This document shows positions 18,901 to 27,866 of a stretch of 64,000 bases of DNA, in pieces. The notes beneath the pieces are model-generated. The model saw nothing but the letters and a program-made list of their open reading frames with translations. It did no database searches and was not told the origin of the DNA. The position numbers and the translations under genes are program-made. Where the stretch lies: NCBI GenBank assembly GCA_035556555.1, contig DATMES010000059.1, positions 12,054 through 76,053 of the forward strand, read 5' to 3'. Source of the DNA: Frankiaceae bacterium. GTDB taxonomy: Bacteria > Actinomycetota > Actinomycetes > BP-191. The number at the start of each line of letters is the position of its first letter. The stretch's first letter is position 1.

Positions 18901-20913
18901 CTCGAGAACATCGCGCCGCGCCAGGGCGACACCGGGGTCAAGCCGAAGCTCACGTTCTTCGGCGGCACCACCGACATGGCCGACCCGCCCGCCGCCTCGC
19001 CCGCCGACAACGGCGTCGTGGTGACGGACAAGGCCGGCCCGGCGCTCCTCGGGGCCTGTGCCTCGTCCGCGGCGGGGACCAACGGCAACTGCCCGGTCGA
19101 CGACGCGGCCAACGACAAGGTGACCGTGTTCCTCTCCGAGGCTGTCGACCCGGCAACGGTCACGTCGAGCGACTTCGTCGTCGAACAGCCGGCGGGCACC
19201 GCGAAGACGCAGACGGCGGCGCCGGCGTTCGAGGACTCGAACAAGCGCGTGGTGCTGACGTTCGCCCAGGGCTCGATCGACTCCGCGGTAGAGGGTGTCG
19301 TCCGGCTCGCGACCGGAGCGGCCGACAGCGGTATCAAGGACCCGGCCGCGGCCGGTGCCAACCCGAGCACGCAGACGACGAACGTGCCGATCTACCCGGC
19401 GCCGTCCGTCACGATCGACCTGACGTGCCCGACGCCGGCCAACCCCGGCTACTGCTCGGCCGACAAGGTCAACACCGGTGCGGCCGGCACGGCGGCGGTC
19501 AGCCGCTGGAGGCTCTCCGAGACCGCGCGGACGGCGACGCCGGCGGACTCGGAGTACACCGAGGGCATCCCGACGGTCTACCCGGCCTCCGGTGTCATCA
19601 CCGAGGGCACGCACACGCTGTACCTCTCCGGCAAGGACGACTTCGGTCGCCTGACGCCCGAGGTCAGCGACACGATCACCGTCTACAAGGCGCCGAAGAT
19701 CCTCAACGTGCAGTTCGTCAACAGCGCCATCCGCGGCGCGGGGACGTTCGCCAAGACGTCCACCGTCATGGACGGCGACACGCTGCACATCGGCGCCGAC
19801 GCCTACGGCACCGACGCCGCGCAGTGGGCGGCCAACAACGCCCCGGCCGGCGGCGGCTGCCTGGTGTCGCACATGTCGATCAACCTCAAGGCGCTGACCG
19901 GCGCGAACAACCACACCGCCGTTCCGCCGACGAAGTGCGACCTGCGGACCACGACGGAGCAGCCGTTCCGCCAGATGCAGTTCCCGGTGGTCAAGGCCGC
20001 GGGTACGACCAAGTACCCGGTCGGCACCGTCCTCAAGGTGACCGACAGCGATCCGGGCTCGATGATCGTGGACGGCCCCGGCGGCACCATCCGCCGTCGC
20101 CAGTTCATCTCGGTCAACGCGCGCCGCAGCTGGATGATCACCGACGCGTCGGTCATCAAGGTCCCGACCACGCTCGTCAACGCGATCCCGCGCCTGACGA
20201 ACCTCGGGTACCGCAACGGCGCGATCCTGAGGGCGACCAGCGGCTACTACTACATGCACAACGGCACCAAGCGACCGGTCAGCACGACCCAGCTGGCCGC
20301 TTGGAGGATCTCGACGGCGCGGGCGTACGCACCGACGTCGACCGAGCTCAAGGCCATGCCGACGGGCACCCGGATCACGGGTGCGGCGCACGCCGCCGGC
20401 ACGTGGATCAAGTACACGGACGGCCGGATCTACCAGCTCGTCACGAATGCCCAGGGCGCGACGGTCCGTCGCCAGCTGGCGAACAGCGGCGCGCTGCGCA
20501 CGCTGGTTCCGTCGACCCAGGTCTACCCGGCCAACTCGTCGGACTCGAAGATCGCGATCGACACGTGGCTGCGTGGCTACCGTGACGGCACGGTGCTCAA
20601 GCTGGCGTCCGGCGGCTACGCCGTCGTCGCCCGCGGCGCGCTGCGGAAGTTCGCGAACAGCACGACGTTCAACACCCTCGGGTACAGCACGTCGAATGCC
20701 ATCGCGGCGAACGGCGCGGCCATCCCGCGGGTGAAGGGTCAGGCGTACCGCACCGGCGTTCCGATCGACCGTTACAAGATCTCCACGGTCGTCATCAAGG
20801 TGACGAACAAGGCGGGTGCCAGCGACGAGGAGATCGTGATCCCGAGCCTGTCCGGCATCTACGCGGTCGGCACGCTCGACCCGGCCCCGAACGGCTGGGA
20901 CGTAACCCGCTAG
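15934..20913 (+). CDS. Giant (1659 aa) secreted surface/S-layer-like protein with three tandem ~100-aa C-terminal repeats resembling cell-wall-binding (CWB2-like) domains
   Basis: Signal peptide (VAITAALPLLVVGGPLVTAADAADG). Very long Thr/Ser/Asn/Asp/Gly-rich body suggestive of Ig-like/adhesin folds. The C-terminal ~300 aa hold three repeats of the pattern G-Y...R..V......A (e.g. RNGAILRATSGYYY / RDGTVLKLASGGYAV). The domain assignment is inferred, not computed. Confidence 0.7.
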   Translation: MSSRVRSRFVAITAALPLLVVGGPLVTAADAADGVRQADIATTQGALRIGPRAGFRGDVARGINGNTAIVAIDAASSTTLEKVSVSVTQGGPFSIYDDFDATDGFALYKDLNDDDHLDVADYEAGPVSLPRYDIGFSNGAVVVTVNADQSKATGEDSYLLTVHPSANISDERIVKFAVPANGVDTTSGTFPSATVTLADILLDSQAPAAIPLTNFEAVSRPPLDTCPAGAAEGACGDDSYKVFRSTAAETGEQLGFFNAPGDLSDAALLVKPNGNSTLPALYDVSGISGSSESPTTLSIGNGTGRDASTPGSRALNNQVSDDVVAVQWDLMGNTVATALNNTPNCDQNVTTPTCGVHVPRGNDVTAPSLTYSVSMDPVNAASTPNAIAVRGTIGSGNDAGEHAWTKRTPVEQLAKPEHVRPVAGSNPVEYTVVEGHVGTEKRSATSYTPGGAGTTLITNVDVSNNTLFPQNELVRSQARLVDAAGNAMAPKATAPVLKDTIAPSFVRISLIDGNGDGNADEGEVYRVEFDDPMDTADITSGNVNTNLKVKDPQKAACDTVTIDGYVPCANWGQAPTVSWSDDARIASITLGDPCDELGECAKDTELPQTGYLVTATGVTDKNQNALLNPTNFPISAPSVLAFQARTIDSGNVGTPVYNTGRDGVLDAIDVEFTAPLNTSTIADASNEGLFEVTWAGTTVVATATAGSASDIVHLTFTLPSAARADWSTGALPVVELKNDGNGSTRLKTATNSAIDAFSLTSVDRAAAVPVAMTTKDSNADGKIDQVHVKYSEAIVHAEGNPCGYSVTGYGDANYKPAGFNTVPSAASCPAGQPGNVNRNEPSPVPAGATASDTVSLKLAPGASPDTNATPAVAYSATNATPSYAIGATAPDCMKPVSPVGATTPNCPINDSAGNGLASFSGTAADGAGPAIIERTTADINSDGRLDEIRVKFSETLSTPSIANALFSVSDPSYTILSLAVLSDKDLAIRLENIAPRQGDTGVKPKLTFFGGTTDMADPPAASPADNGVVVTDKAGPALLGACASSAAGTNGNCPVDDAANDKVTVFLSEAVDPATVTSSDFVVEQPAGTAKTQTAAPAFEDSNKRVVLTFAQGSIDSAVEGVVRLATGAADSGIKDPAAAGANPSTQTTNVPIYPAPSVTIDLTCPTPANPGYCSADKVNTGAAGTAAVSRWRLSETARTATPADSEYTEGIPTVYPASGVITEGTHTLYLSGKDDFGRLTPEVSDTITVYKAPKILNVQFVNSAIRGAGTFAKTSTVMDGDTLHIGADAYGTDAAQWAANNAPAGGGCLVSHMSINLKALTGANNHTAVPPTKCDLRTTTEQPFRQMQFPVVKAAGTTKYPVGTVLKVTDSDPGSMIVDGPGGTIRRRQFISVNARRSWMITDASVIKVPTTLVNAIPRLTNLGYRNGAILRATSGYYYMHNGTKRPVSTTQLAAWRISTARAYAPTSTELKAMPTGTRITGAAHAAGTWIKYTDGRIYQLVTNAQGATVRRQLANSGALRTLVPSTQVYPANSSDSKIAIDTWLRGYRDGTVLKLASGGYAVVARGALRKFANSTTFNTLGYSTSNAIAANGAAIPRVKGQAYRTGVPIDRYKISTVVIKVTNKAGASDEEIVIPSLSGIYAVGTLDPAPNGWDVTR

Positions 20914-20927
20914 GCAACTCCGTACGA

Positions 20928-20968
20928 CCCGAAGGCGTCTCCGGCCATCACGGCCGGGGCGCCTTCGG
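20928..20968 (+). terminator. Hairpin (ccgaaggcg...cgccttcgg) just 3' of the giant surface protein gene
   Basis: Inverted repeat seen ~15 nt after the stop. Confidence 0.4.
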
Positions 20969-20991
20969 CGTTTCCGGGGGAGACTGCTCGC

Positions 20992-21234
20992 GTGCCGGAC
21001 CACCTCGTCACCCTGCTGGGCAAGCCGGGCTGCCACCTGTGCGATGACGCGCGCGCCTTGGTCGTGCGGGTCGCGACGGATCTCGGCGTGGCGTGGGAGG
21101 AGCGCGACGTGACGACCGAAGACGCGCTGTACGAGGAGTACGCCGACCGCATCCCCGTCGTCCTCGTCGATGGCAAGGAGCACGGCTACTGGACAGTCGA
21201 CGAAGGTCGCCTGCGCCGCGCCCTCGCCCGCTGA
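20992..21234 (+). CDS. Glutaredoxin-family small thiol-disulfide protein (CxxC: CHLC)
   Basis: 80 aa. KPGCHLCDDA thioredoxin-fold active site with a conserved VDG...GYW C-terminal region. Confidence 0.75.
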   Translation: MPDHLVTLLGKPGCHLCDDARALVVRVATDLGVAWEERDVTTEDALYEEYADRIPVVLVDGKEHGYWTVDEGRLRRALAR

Positions 21235-21385
21235 ACCCCCATTGATCGCACCCAGCTGCTCCGCTACCCTGCGCCCTTCGTCGGCGCGCATGTTGTGCGC
21301 CGGTTTCGCGCTGCGCGCGTCTCTCGAGGGGGTTGGGTTCTTGTCCAGTTCGTCCCTGCATGCTCTGCGCCGGATTGGCCGATGG

Positions 21386-23104
21386 ATGGTCTCGTTGTCC
21401 GTGATAGCCGCGGGAACCGCGGTGGGAGTGGCGGCGACCGCACCGCCATCGATGGCAGCCACGACGACCCGATTCGACTGCGTCGGTGTGGCAGAGTCGT
21501 ACGTCGTGCCGCCGGCTGTCGTCGCGCTCGACGTGCTCCTCGCCGGCGCGTCAGGCGGCACTAACGAGACGGCAGGCCTCGGAGGAACCGTGGCGGCGCG
21601 GATCAACGTCGCCCCCGGCACGGTCCTCACCGTGAACGCGGGATGCGCTAACGGGTACAACGGCGGTGGCCTCGCACGCTACCGCCGGAACGGAGGAGGA
21701 GCTTCGGATATCCGTACCGGTGCCGCGACGCTCAACGACCGGATCGTCGTCGCGGGTGCCGGCGGCGGTGCCGGCCATCTGGATGGCGCGGCCGGAGGGT
21801 CAGGCGGATTCATTGGCACGCGTGGCGCCTTCGGCGTAGACCGACAGACAGGAGCCGTGCTGTACGGCGGGGACGGTGGCAGCCGAACCCACGGCGGTTC
21901 CGCTGGTCGTGTGTTGATCGGATCCCGCTGTCAGCTCGTCGACTACCCGGGCGACGGCGAGTTCGGTTCGGGTGGTGGCGGCGCGGTCCCCGTGCCCGGC
22001 TCCGGCGGGACGGGCGGCGGTGGAGGCGGCGGGTACTACGGGGGCGGCGGGGGTGACGCGACATGCAACGGCGGCGGTGCCGGTGGCGGCGGTTCAAGCT
22101 TCGGTCCGCCCGACGCGGTGTTCGCCACCGGCGTGAACCTGGGTGACGGGTACGTCGAGATCACGCCCGCGTCCGCGCCGGCGGTCAGCACGCCCTCTCC
22201 GACGTTCGCGTCCGATGACTGCGCCGGGGGCACTTTGATCGCCGACGTCATCGCCGCGGACGACACGCGCGTCCGTGTCCTCTCGCGCCAGCCCGACTCG
22301 CAGACGCTCTGGGTCTGCGTCCGTGCCGACGGGTCGGCGGTTCGTACGGGCGGGAAGTTCGTCGTCACGGCGCCAACCGGCATCGGCGGGCGGCCGACGG
22401 TCGACTCGGCGTCGAACGCGTGCACGGCGACGCCGGGTAACGGCGTTCCGACGCCGCATCCGCTGCTCTCCGGCGCTGTCGGCGATCCCGCGGATCCCAC
22501 GACGTTTCTGCCGTACCTCCTCGACGCCTACAGCGGCGCGCAAGGCACCTGGGTCTGCGTCGGAGTCGGTCCTGTCCAGACGCGGTTCGTCGTGCCTTCG
22601 GGCATTGGTGTGTCACCCGCGCCGGTGACGTTCGTCGCCGATCCGCCTGGCCCGCACCCGCTGGCGCCGGTCCCCGCAGGCACCATCCCGTCTGGCGAGT
22701 GCCAGTCTCGTCCGAGCAACAACGCGTACCTCGATGTGGCGAGTGACGCCGGGCGGGTGTTAGTCCACCAGCGTCCGGTCGCAGAGAACGAGGTGGCGAT
22801 CTGCGTCCGTGCGGAGTCGGTGGCCGCGGTCGGCGGCAGGCTGACGGTGCGCGTCGCCGGTGCAGAGGGGCTCCTCCCGTCTGTCACGACGAGCTCGACG
22901 GACATGTCTCCGTGCACCGTCCAGGTCTTCCACAACGACGCCCCGCTGATCGACATACGCCGCAGTTCGACCGGTGCCGTGCCCGCGTCGCTCTGCGTCA
23001 CGGTCGGCACGGACTCGCTGCGCGTCACCGTGGGCACCGGCAGCGGCGGCGCGCCCGCCGACGTCACGTGGACCCCCGACCCCGGCACGCCCGGGCTGCC
23101 GTAA
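21386..23104 (+). CDS. Secreted glycine-rich repeat protein (predicted beta-helix/Gly-rich domain)
   Basis: Signal peptide, then GGxGG-rich tracts (GGGGAVPVPGSGGTGGGGGGGYYGGGGGDATCNGGGAGGGGSS) and a Thr/Pro/Val-rich C-terminus. The start is uncertain: the first ATG after the glutaredoxin stop was used (ORF 21170..23104), and an alternative TTG sits ~45 nt upstream. Confidence 0.6.
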   Translation: MVSLSVIAAGTAVGVAATAPPSMAATTTRFDCVGVAESYVVPPAVVALDVLLAGASGGTNETAGLGGTVAARINVAPGTVLTVNAGCANGYNGGGLARYRRNGGGASDIRTGAATLNDRIVVAGAGGGAGHLDGAAGGSGGFIGTRGAFGVDRQTGAVLYGGDGGSRTHGGSAGRVLIGSRCQLVDYPGDGEFGSGGGGAVPVPGSGGTGGGGGGGYYGGGGGDATCNGGGAGGGGSSFGPPDAVFATGVNLGDGYVEITPASAPAVSTPSPTFASDDCAGGTLIADVIAADDTRVRVLSRQPDSQTLWVCVRADGSAVRTGGKFVVTAPTGIGGRPTVDSASNACTATPGNGVPTPHPLLSGAVGDPADPTTFLPYLLDAYSGAQGTWVCVGVGPVQTRFVVPSGIGVSPAPVTFVADPPGPHPLAPVPAGTIPSGECQSRPSNNAYLDVASDAGRVLVHQRPVAENEVAICVRAESVAAVGGRLTVRVAGAEGLLPSVTTSSTDMSPCTVQVFHNDAPLIDIRRSSTGAVPASLCVTVGTDSLRVTVGTGSGGAPADVTWTPDPGTPGLP

Positions 23105-23119
23105 GCGGGAACGCACCCA

Positions 23120-23158
23120 CCAGGGGCCGTCGGCACAACACCTCGCCGACGGCCCCTG
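23120..23158 (+). terminator. 13-bp stem hairpin (caggggccgtcggc...gccgacggcccctg) 3' of the glycine-rich protein gene
   Basis: Perfect inverted repeat seen directly. Confidence 0.55.
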
Positions 23159-23176
23159 GCGTGCGTACGCCCGACT

Positions 23177-23194
23177 TTGTGCAGGCGTTCACAA
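23177..23194 (+). promoter_or_regulatory. Candidate Rex operator TTGTGCAGGCGTTCACAA, ~100 nt upstream of rex
   Basis: Matches the actinobacterial Rex operator consensus TTGTGAA-N4-TTCACAA with one mismatch. Sits ahead of the rex-hem operon as in Streptomyces. Confidence 0.6.
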
Positions 23195-23297
23195 GGCGTA
23201 TTCTCAATGGCACAAGCGAGCGGCCCGGACTCGGAGTGTGGCCGGGACCAAGGCTCGCGCGAGGGAGATCCGTGCGTACGCGAGCCTGGGGCGGGGC

Positions 23298-23963
23298 GTG
23301 AAAAGCTCGCGCGGCATACCCGAGGCCACGGTCGCCCGGCTGCCCGTCTACCTCCGCGCGCTGGCCGGCCTGGCCGACGGCGGCTCCGAGACGGTCTCCT
23401 CCGACGCCCTCGCTCTCGCGGCGGGCGTCAACTCCGCCAAGGTGCGCAAGGACCTCTCCCACCTCGGCTCGTACGGCACCCGCGGCGTCGGCTACGACGT
23501 CAACTACCTCGTCCACCAGATCTCCCGCGAGCTCGGCCTCACGCAGGACTGGGCCGTCGTCATCGTCGGCATCGGCAACCTGGGCCACGCGCTCGCCAAC
23601 TATGGTGGGTTCGCCGAACGCGGCTTCCGCATCGCCGCCCTCGTCGACGCGGACCGCCGGCGAGTCGGCGAGGAGCTCGCCGGGGTCAACGTCAGCCACA
23701 TGGACGACCTCGACGCGATCGTCCGCGAGTCGAAGGTCTCCATCGGCGTCATCGCCACTCCCGCGCACGCCGCGCAGGACGTGTGCGACCGTCTGGTGGC
23801 GGCCGGCGTGACGAGCATCCTCAACTTCGCCCCCGTCGTCATCAACGTCCCCGCGGGCGTCGACCTCCGCAAGGTGGACCTGTCGATCGAGCTGCAGATC
23901 CTGTCGTTCCACGAGCAGCGCAAGGCCGCGATGTCGCGCCTGCGAACGGCGGTGGAGTCGTGA
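23298..23963 (+). CDS. rex: Redox-sensing transcriptional repressor Rex
   Basis: RGIPEATVARLPVYLRAL winged-helix N-terminus. Rossmann NADH-binding region (VVIVGIGNLGHALANY). Conserved position directly upstream of hemA. Confidence 0.85.
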   Translation: MKSSRGIPEATVARLPVYLRALAGLADGGSETVSSDALALAAGVNSAKVRKDLSHLGSYGTRGVGYDVNYLVHQISRELGLTQDWAVVIVGIGNLGHALANYGGFAERGFRIAALVDADRRRVGEELAGVNVSHMDDLDAIVRESKVSIGVIATPAHAAQDVCDRLVAAGVTSILNFAPVVINVPAGVDLRKVDLSIELQILSFHEQRKAAMSRLRTAVES

Positions 23964-25264
23964 GCGTCCTCGTCGTCGGCCTCTCCCACAAGACCGCCCC
24001 TGTCGACCTGCTCGAACGCGTCGCGATCCCCGCCGACCACGTGGCCAAGGCACTGAACGACCTCCAGGCCGGGCTGCACGTCGTCGAGTCCGCCGTCCTC
24101 TCCACGTGCAACCGCGTCGAGGTCTACGCGCACGTCACCCGTTTCCACGGCGGTGTCCAGGAGGTCAGCGACCTGCTGTCGCGGCTGTCCGGCGTTCCCC
24201 TCGAGGACCTATCCGACCACCTCTACGTCCACTACGAGGAGCGCGCGGTCCAGCACCTGTTCGCGGTCGCGTCCGGGCTCGACTCGATGGTCGTCGGCGA
24301 GGGGCAGATCCTCGGCCAGGTCCGCGGCGCGTTCAAGGTCGCGCAGGACGAGGGCAGCGTCTCGCGGGTGCTCGGCGAGCTGTTCCGCCACTCGCTGCGC
24401 GTCGGCAAGCGGGTCCGTACGGAGACCGCCATCGGCCGCGCCGGCGCCTCGCTCGTCGGGATCGGGCTGCGCGTCGCGCAGGCCACCCTCGGCCCCCTCG
24501 GCCCCGACACCAAGGCGCTCATCGTCGGCGCGGGCTCGATGGGCGCGCTGGCCGGTACGACGCTGCGCCGCGAGGGCGTCACCGACCTCGTCGTCGCCAA
24601 CCGCACCGCCGACCGCGCCGCCGCCCTGGCCGGCACGCTGGACGGCCGTGGGATCGGCCTCGACGACCTCGCTGCCGCCATGGCCGGCGCCGACCTCGTG
24701 ATCTCCTCGACCGGCGCCTCCGGCCTGGTGATCGAGGCCGATGCCGTACGCCGCGCCGTCGAGCAGCGTGAAGGCCGCCCGCTCTTCCTGCTCGACCTCG
24801 CGCTGCCCCGCGACGTCGATCCCGCCGTCCGCGAGATACCCGGCGTACGCCTCGCCGACCTCGACGCGCTGCGCGCCGTCCTCGACACCGAGGAGACCGG
24901 CGCCGACCTCGACGACGCGCGCGACATCGTGGCCGAGGAGGTCATGGCGTTCCTCGCGTGGCAGCGTTCGATGCGGGTCGCGCCGACGGTGGTCGCCCTG
25001 CGCGCCAAGGCCGACGCCCTCATCGCCGGTGAGCTCGAACGCCTCACCGCCCGCGTCCCCGACCTCGACGCGCGCTCGCGTACGGAGGTCGAGACCGCCG
25101 TACGCCGCGTCGTCGACAAGCTCCTGCACGCCCCGACGGTGCGCGTGAAGGAGCTGGCCGAGTCGCCCGGCGGCGACCAGTACGCCGAGGCGCTGCGCGA
25201 GCTGTTCATGCTCGATCCGCAGGTCGCCGAGGCCGTCATCGTGCCCGACGAGGTGACGCCGTGA
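23960..25264 (+). CDS. hemA: Glutamyl-tRNA reductase
   Basis: VLVVGLSHKTAPVDLLE...STCNRVEVY...LIVGAGSMG are hallmark HemA motifs. A GTG start overlaps the rex stop. Confidence 0.9.
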   Translation: MSVLVVGLSHKTAPVDLLERVAIPADHVAKALNDLQAGLHVVESAVLSTCNRVEVYAHVTRFHGGVQEVSDLLSRLSGVPLEDLSDHLYVHYEERAVQHLFAVASGLDSMVVGEGQILGQVRGAFKVAQDEGSVSRVLGELFRHSLRVGKRVRTETAIGRAGASLVGIGLRVAQATLGPLGPDTKALIVGAGSMGALAGTTLRREGVTDLVVANRTADRAAALAGTLDGRGIGLDDLAAAMAGADLVISSTGASGLVIEADAVRRAVEQREGRPLFLLDLALPRDVDPAVREIPGVRLADLDALRAVLDTEETGADLDDARDIVAEEVMAFLAWQRSMRVAPTVVALRAKADALIAGELERLTARVPDLDARSRTEVETAVRRVVDKLLHAPTVRVKELAESPGGDQYAEALRELFMLDPQVAEAVIVPDEVTP

Positions 25265-26166
25265 CGCTGCGCCTGGGCACGAGGAGGAGCGCGCTCGCGA
25301 TGGCGCAGAGCGGCGGCGTCGCGGCCACGCTCATCGCCACCACGGGCCAGGACGTCGAGCTGGTCGAGATCACCACGCGCGGCGACACCGACCCCGGCGC
25401 GATCACGCAGATCGGCGGTACGGGCGTCTTCGTCTCCGCGCTGCGCGACGCGCTGCTCGCCGGCGAGGTCGACCTCGCGGTGCACTCGCTCAAGGACCTC
25501 CCGACCGAGCCCGCCGAGGGGTTGGTGGTCGCCGCGATCCCGACGCGCGAGGACCCGCGCGACGTGCTCTGCTCGCCCGCCGGGCTGACGCTCGGCGAGC
25601 TGCCGACCGGCGCCCGCGTCGGTACGGGCTCGCCGCGACGCGCCGCGCAGCTGCTCGCGCTGGGCCTGGGCATCGAGGTCGTCCCGATCCGCGGCAACGT
25701 CGACACCCGCCTCAAGAAGGCCATCGACGGCGAGGTCGACGCGGTCGTCCTCGCCCGCGCCGGACTGGCCCGGCTCGACCGGCTCGACGCTGTGAGCGAG
25801 GTGCTCGACCCGATCCAGCTGCTCCCGGCGCCCGGCCAGGGCGCGCTCGCGGTCGAGTGCGTCGCGGGGTCGCCGGTCGCCGACCTGCTGCGAGCCCTGG
25901 ACGACCCCGACACCCGCGCCTGCGTCACCGCCGAGCGGGCGCTGCTCCGCGCGCTGGAGGCCGGCTGCACCGCGCCGGTCGGCGCGCTGGCAGACCTGGC
26001 CGACGACGAGATCTACCTGCGGGCCGCGGCCTGCGCCCCGGACGGCTCCGACGTCCTGCGGCAGAGCCTGACCGGACCCATGACGGAGCCGGAGGAGCTG
26101 GGGCGCCGGCTCGCGGCGATCCTGCTCGACGACGGCGCCGCGGAACTGATGGGGGAGCGCCCATGA
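25261..26166 (+). CDS. hemC: Hydroxymethylbilane synthase (porphobilinogen deaminase)
   Basis: LRLGTRRSALAMAQS...VHSLKDLPT...GALAVE motifs. Translationally coupled to hemA. Confidence 0.9.
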   Translation: MTLRLGTRRSALAMAQSGGVAATLIATTGQDVELVEITTRGDTDPGAITQIGGTGVFVSALRDALLAGEVDLAVHSLKDLPTEPAEGLVVAAIPTREDPRDVLCSPAGLTLGELPTGARVGTGSPRRAAQLLALGLGIEVVPIRGNVDTRLKKAIDGEVDAVVLARAGLARLDRLDAVSEVLDPIQLLPAPGQGALAVECVAGSPVADLLRALDDPDTRACVTAERALLRALEAGCTAPVGALADLADDEIYLRAAACAPDGSDVLRQSLTGPMTEPEELGRRLAAILLDDGAAELMGERP

Positions 26167-27866
26167 GCGCCCGCAAGCCGAAGGGGTCGGTCGCGCTGGT
26201 CGGTGCGGGTCCCGGTGACCCGGGCCTGCTGACGCTGCGCGGCCGTGAGCTGCTCGAGCACGCCGACGTGGTCGTCATCGACCGCCTCGCGCCGCTCGCG
26301 CTGCTGGCGTACTGCAGGACCGACGTCGAGGTCATCGACGCAGGCAAGGCGCCGCACGGCGAGGGCATGACCCAGGCCGACATCAACGCCCTGCTCGTCG
26401 CGCACGCCAAGGACGGCAAGCACGTCGTACGCCTCAAGGGCGGCGACCCGTTCGTCTTCGGCCGCGGCGGCGAGGAGGCCGAGGCCTGCGTCAAGGCGCG
26501 CATCCCCTGGGAGGTCGTGCCGGGCGTGACGTCGGCGGTGGCCGTGCCTGCGTACGCCGGCGTCCCCGTCACACACAGGGGCCGTACGCAGGACTTCGCC
26601 GTCGTCTCCGGTCACGTCGACCCGAGCGCGCCCGACAGCACCGTCGACTGGCGCGCGCTCGCGACCGGCCCCGGCACCGTCGTGCTCCTCATGGGCGTCG
26701 AGAAGATCGGCAAGATCGCCGCCAAGCTCATCGAGCACGGCAAGGCCGGCGACACCCCCGTCGCGATGACGCAGTGGGGCACCACCGCGCGGCAGCGCAC
26801 CGTCGTCGCCGACCTCAACACCATCGAGGAGACGGCCAACGCCGCCGGCATGAAGGCGCCCGCCGTCACCGTCATCGGCGAGGTCGTCAAGCTGCGCGAC
26901 AAGCTCAACTGGTACGAGTCCCGCCCGCTGTTCGGCATGACCGTGCTCGTCCCGCGGACCCGTCAGCAGGCGGGGACGCTGTCGTACGAGGTCCGCGCGC
27001 TCGGCGGCTCGCCGCTCGAGGTCCCGACCATCGCCATCGAGCCGCCGCGCAACCCCGAGCCGATGCGCCGCGCCGTCAGCGGGCTGGTGCAGGGGCGGTA
27101 CCAGTGGGTGGCGTTCACCTCGGTCAACGCCGTCCGCGCCGTCCGCGAGGGGCTGGAGTCCGTGGGTCTCGACCCCCGCGCGCTGGCCGGCGTGAGGATC
27201 GCCGCCGTGGGCGACGCAACCGTGGAAGCGTTGCGGGAGTGGGGACTCCGGGCCGACCTCGTGCCCGACGCCGCGATGTCGTCGGAGGAGCTGGGCAAGG
27301 TCTGGCCGCCGTACGACCCGCAGCTCGACTTCCTCGATCGCGTCCTGCTGCCGCGCGCCGACATCGCGACCGAGACGCTCGTCGCGGCTGTGAAGGCGAA
27401 GGGCTGGGCGGTCGACGAGGTCACGGCGTACCGCACCGTCCGCGCGCAGCCGCCGGCCGACGAGGTCAAGGCCGCCGTCCGCAACGGCGACGTCGACGCC
27501 GTCGTCTTCACGTCGTCCTCGACCGTCAAGAACCTCGTCGCGCTCTGCGGCAAGCCGCACGAGCGGACGCTCGTCGCGGCCATCGGCCCGCAGACCGCCG
27601 CCGCCGCGCGCGAGGCGGGCCTGCGCGTCGACGTCGAGTCCAAGGTGGCGACCGTCGCGGCCGTCACCAAGGCGCTCGGCGACTTCGTGGTGGCGGGCCG
27701 TACGGCCGCGCTCGAGGCCGCCGCGAAGCCTGCCCGCAAGGCGCCCGCGAAGAAGCCCGTTGCGAAGGCCGTGCCCGTCAAGAAGGCGCCGGCCAAGAAG
27801 GCTCCTGCCAAGGCCGCCCCTGCCAAGGCCGCCCCTGCCAAGGCCAAGGCGCGGACGAAGCGATGA
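26163..27866 (+). CDS. hemD: Bifunctional uroporphyrinogen-III C-methyltransferase / uroporphyrinogen-III synthase (CobA-HemD fusion) with a Lys/Ala/Pro-rich basic C-terminal tail
   Basis: N-terminal SUMT motifs ([36 protein letters not shown]). C-terminal HemD-like half. Final ~50 aa are [47 protein letters not shown]. Confidence 0.85.
   Translation: MSARKPKGSVALVGAGPGDPGLLTLRGRELLEHADVVVIDRLAPLALLAYCRTDVEVIDAGKAPHGEGMTQADINALLVAHAKDGKHVVRLKGGDPFVFGRGGEEAEACVKARIPWEVVPGVTSAVAVPAYAGVPVTHRGRTQDFAVVSGHVDPSAPDSTVDWRALATGPGTVVLLMGVEKIGKIAAKLIEHGKAGDTPVAMTQWGTTARQRTVVADLNTIEETANAAGMKAPAVTVIGEVVKLRDKLNWYESRPLFGMTVLVPRTRQQAGTLSYEVRALGGSPLEVPTIAIEPPRNPEPMRRAVSGLVQGRYQWVAFTSVNAVRAVREGLESVGLDPRALAGVRIAAVGDATVEALREWGLRADLVPDAAMSSEELGKVWPPYDPQLDFLDRVLLPRADIATETLVAAVKAKGWAVDEVTAYRTVRAQPPADEVKAAVRNGDVDAVVFTSSSTVKNLVALCGKPHERTLVAAIGPQTAAAAREAGLRVDVESKVATVAAVTKALGDFVVAGRTAALEAAAKPARKAPAKKPVAKAVPVKKAPAKKAPAKAAPAKAAPAKAKARTKR

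Noticed and set aside
15979-21660. 1893-aa ORF on the minus strand, antisense to the giant surface protein gene
   Set aside because: Arg/Gly/Asp/Val-dominated low-complexity translation with no domain pattern. This is the typical antisense open frame of a high-GC gene. The plus-strand gene has a signal peptide and repeat structure.
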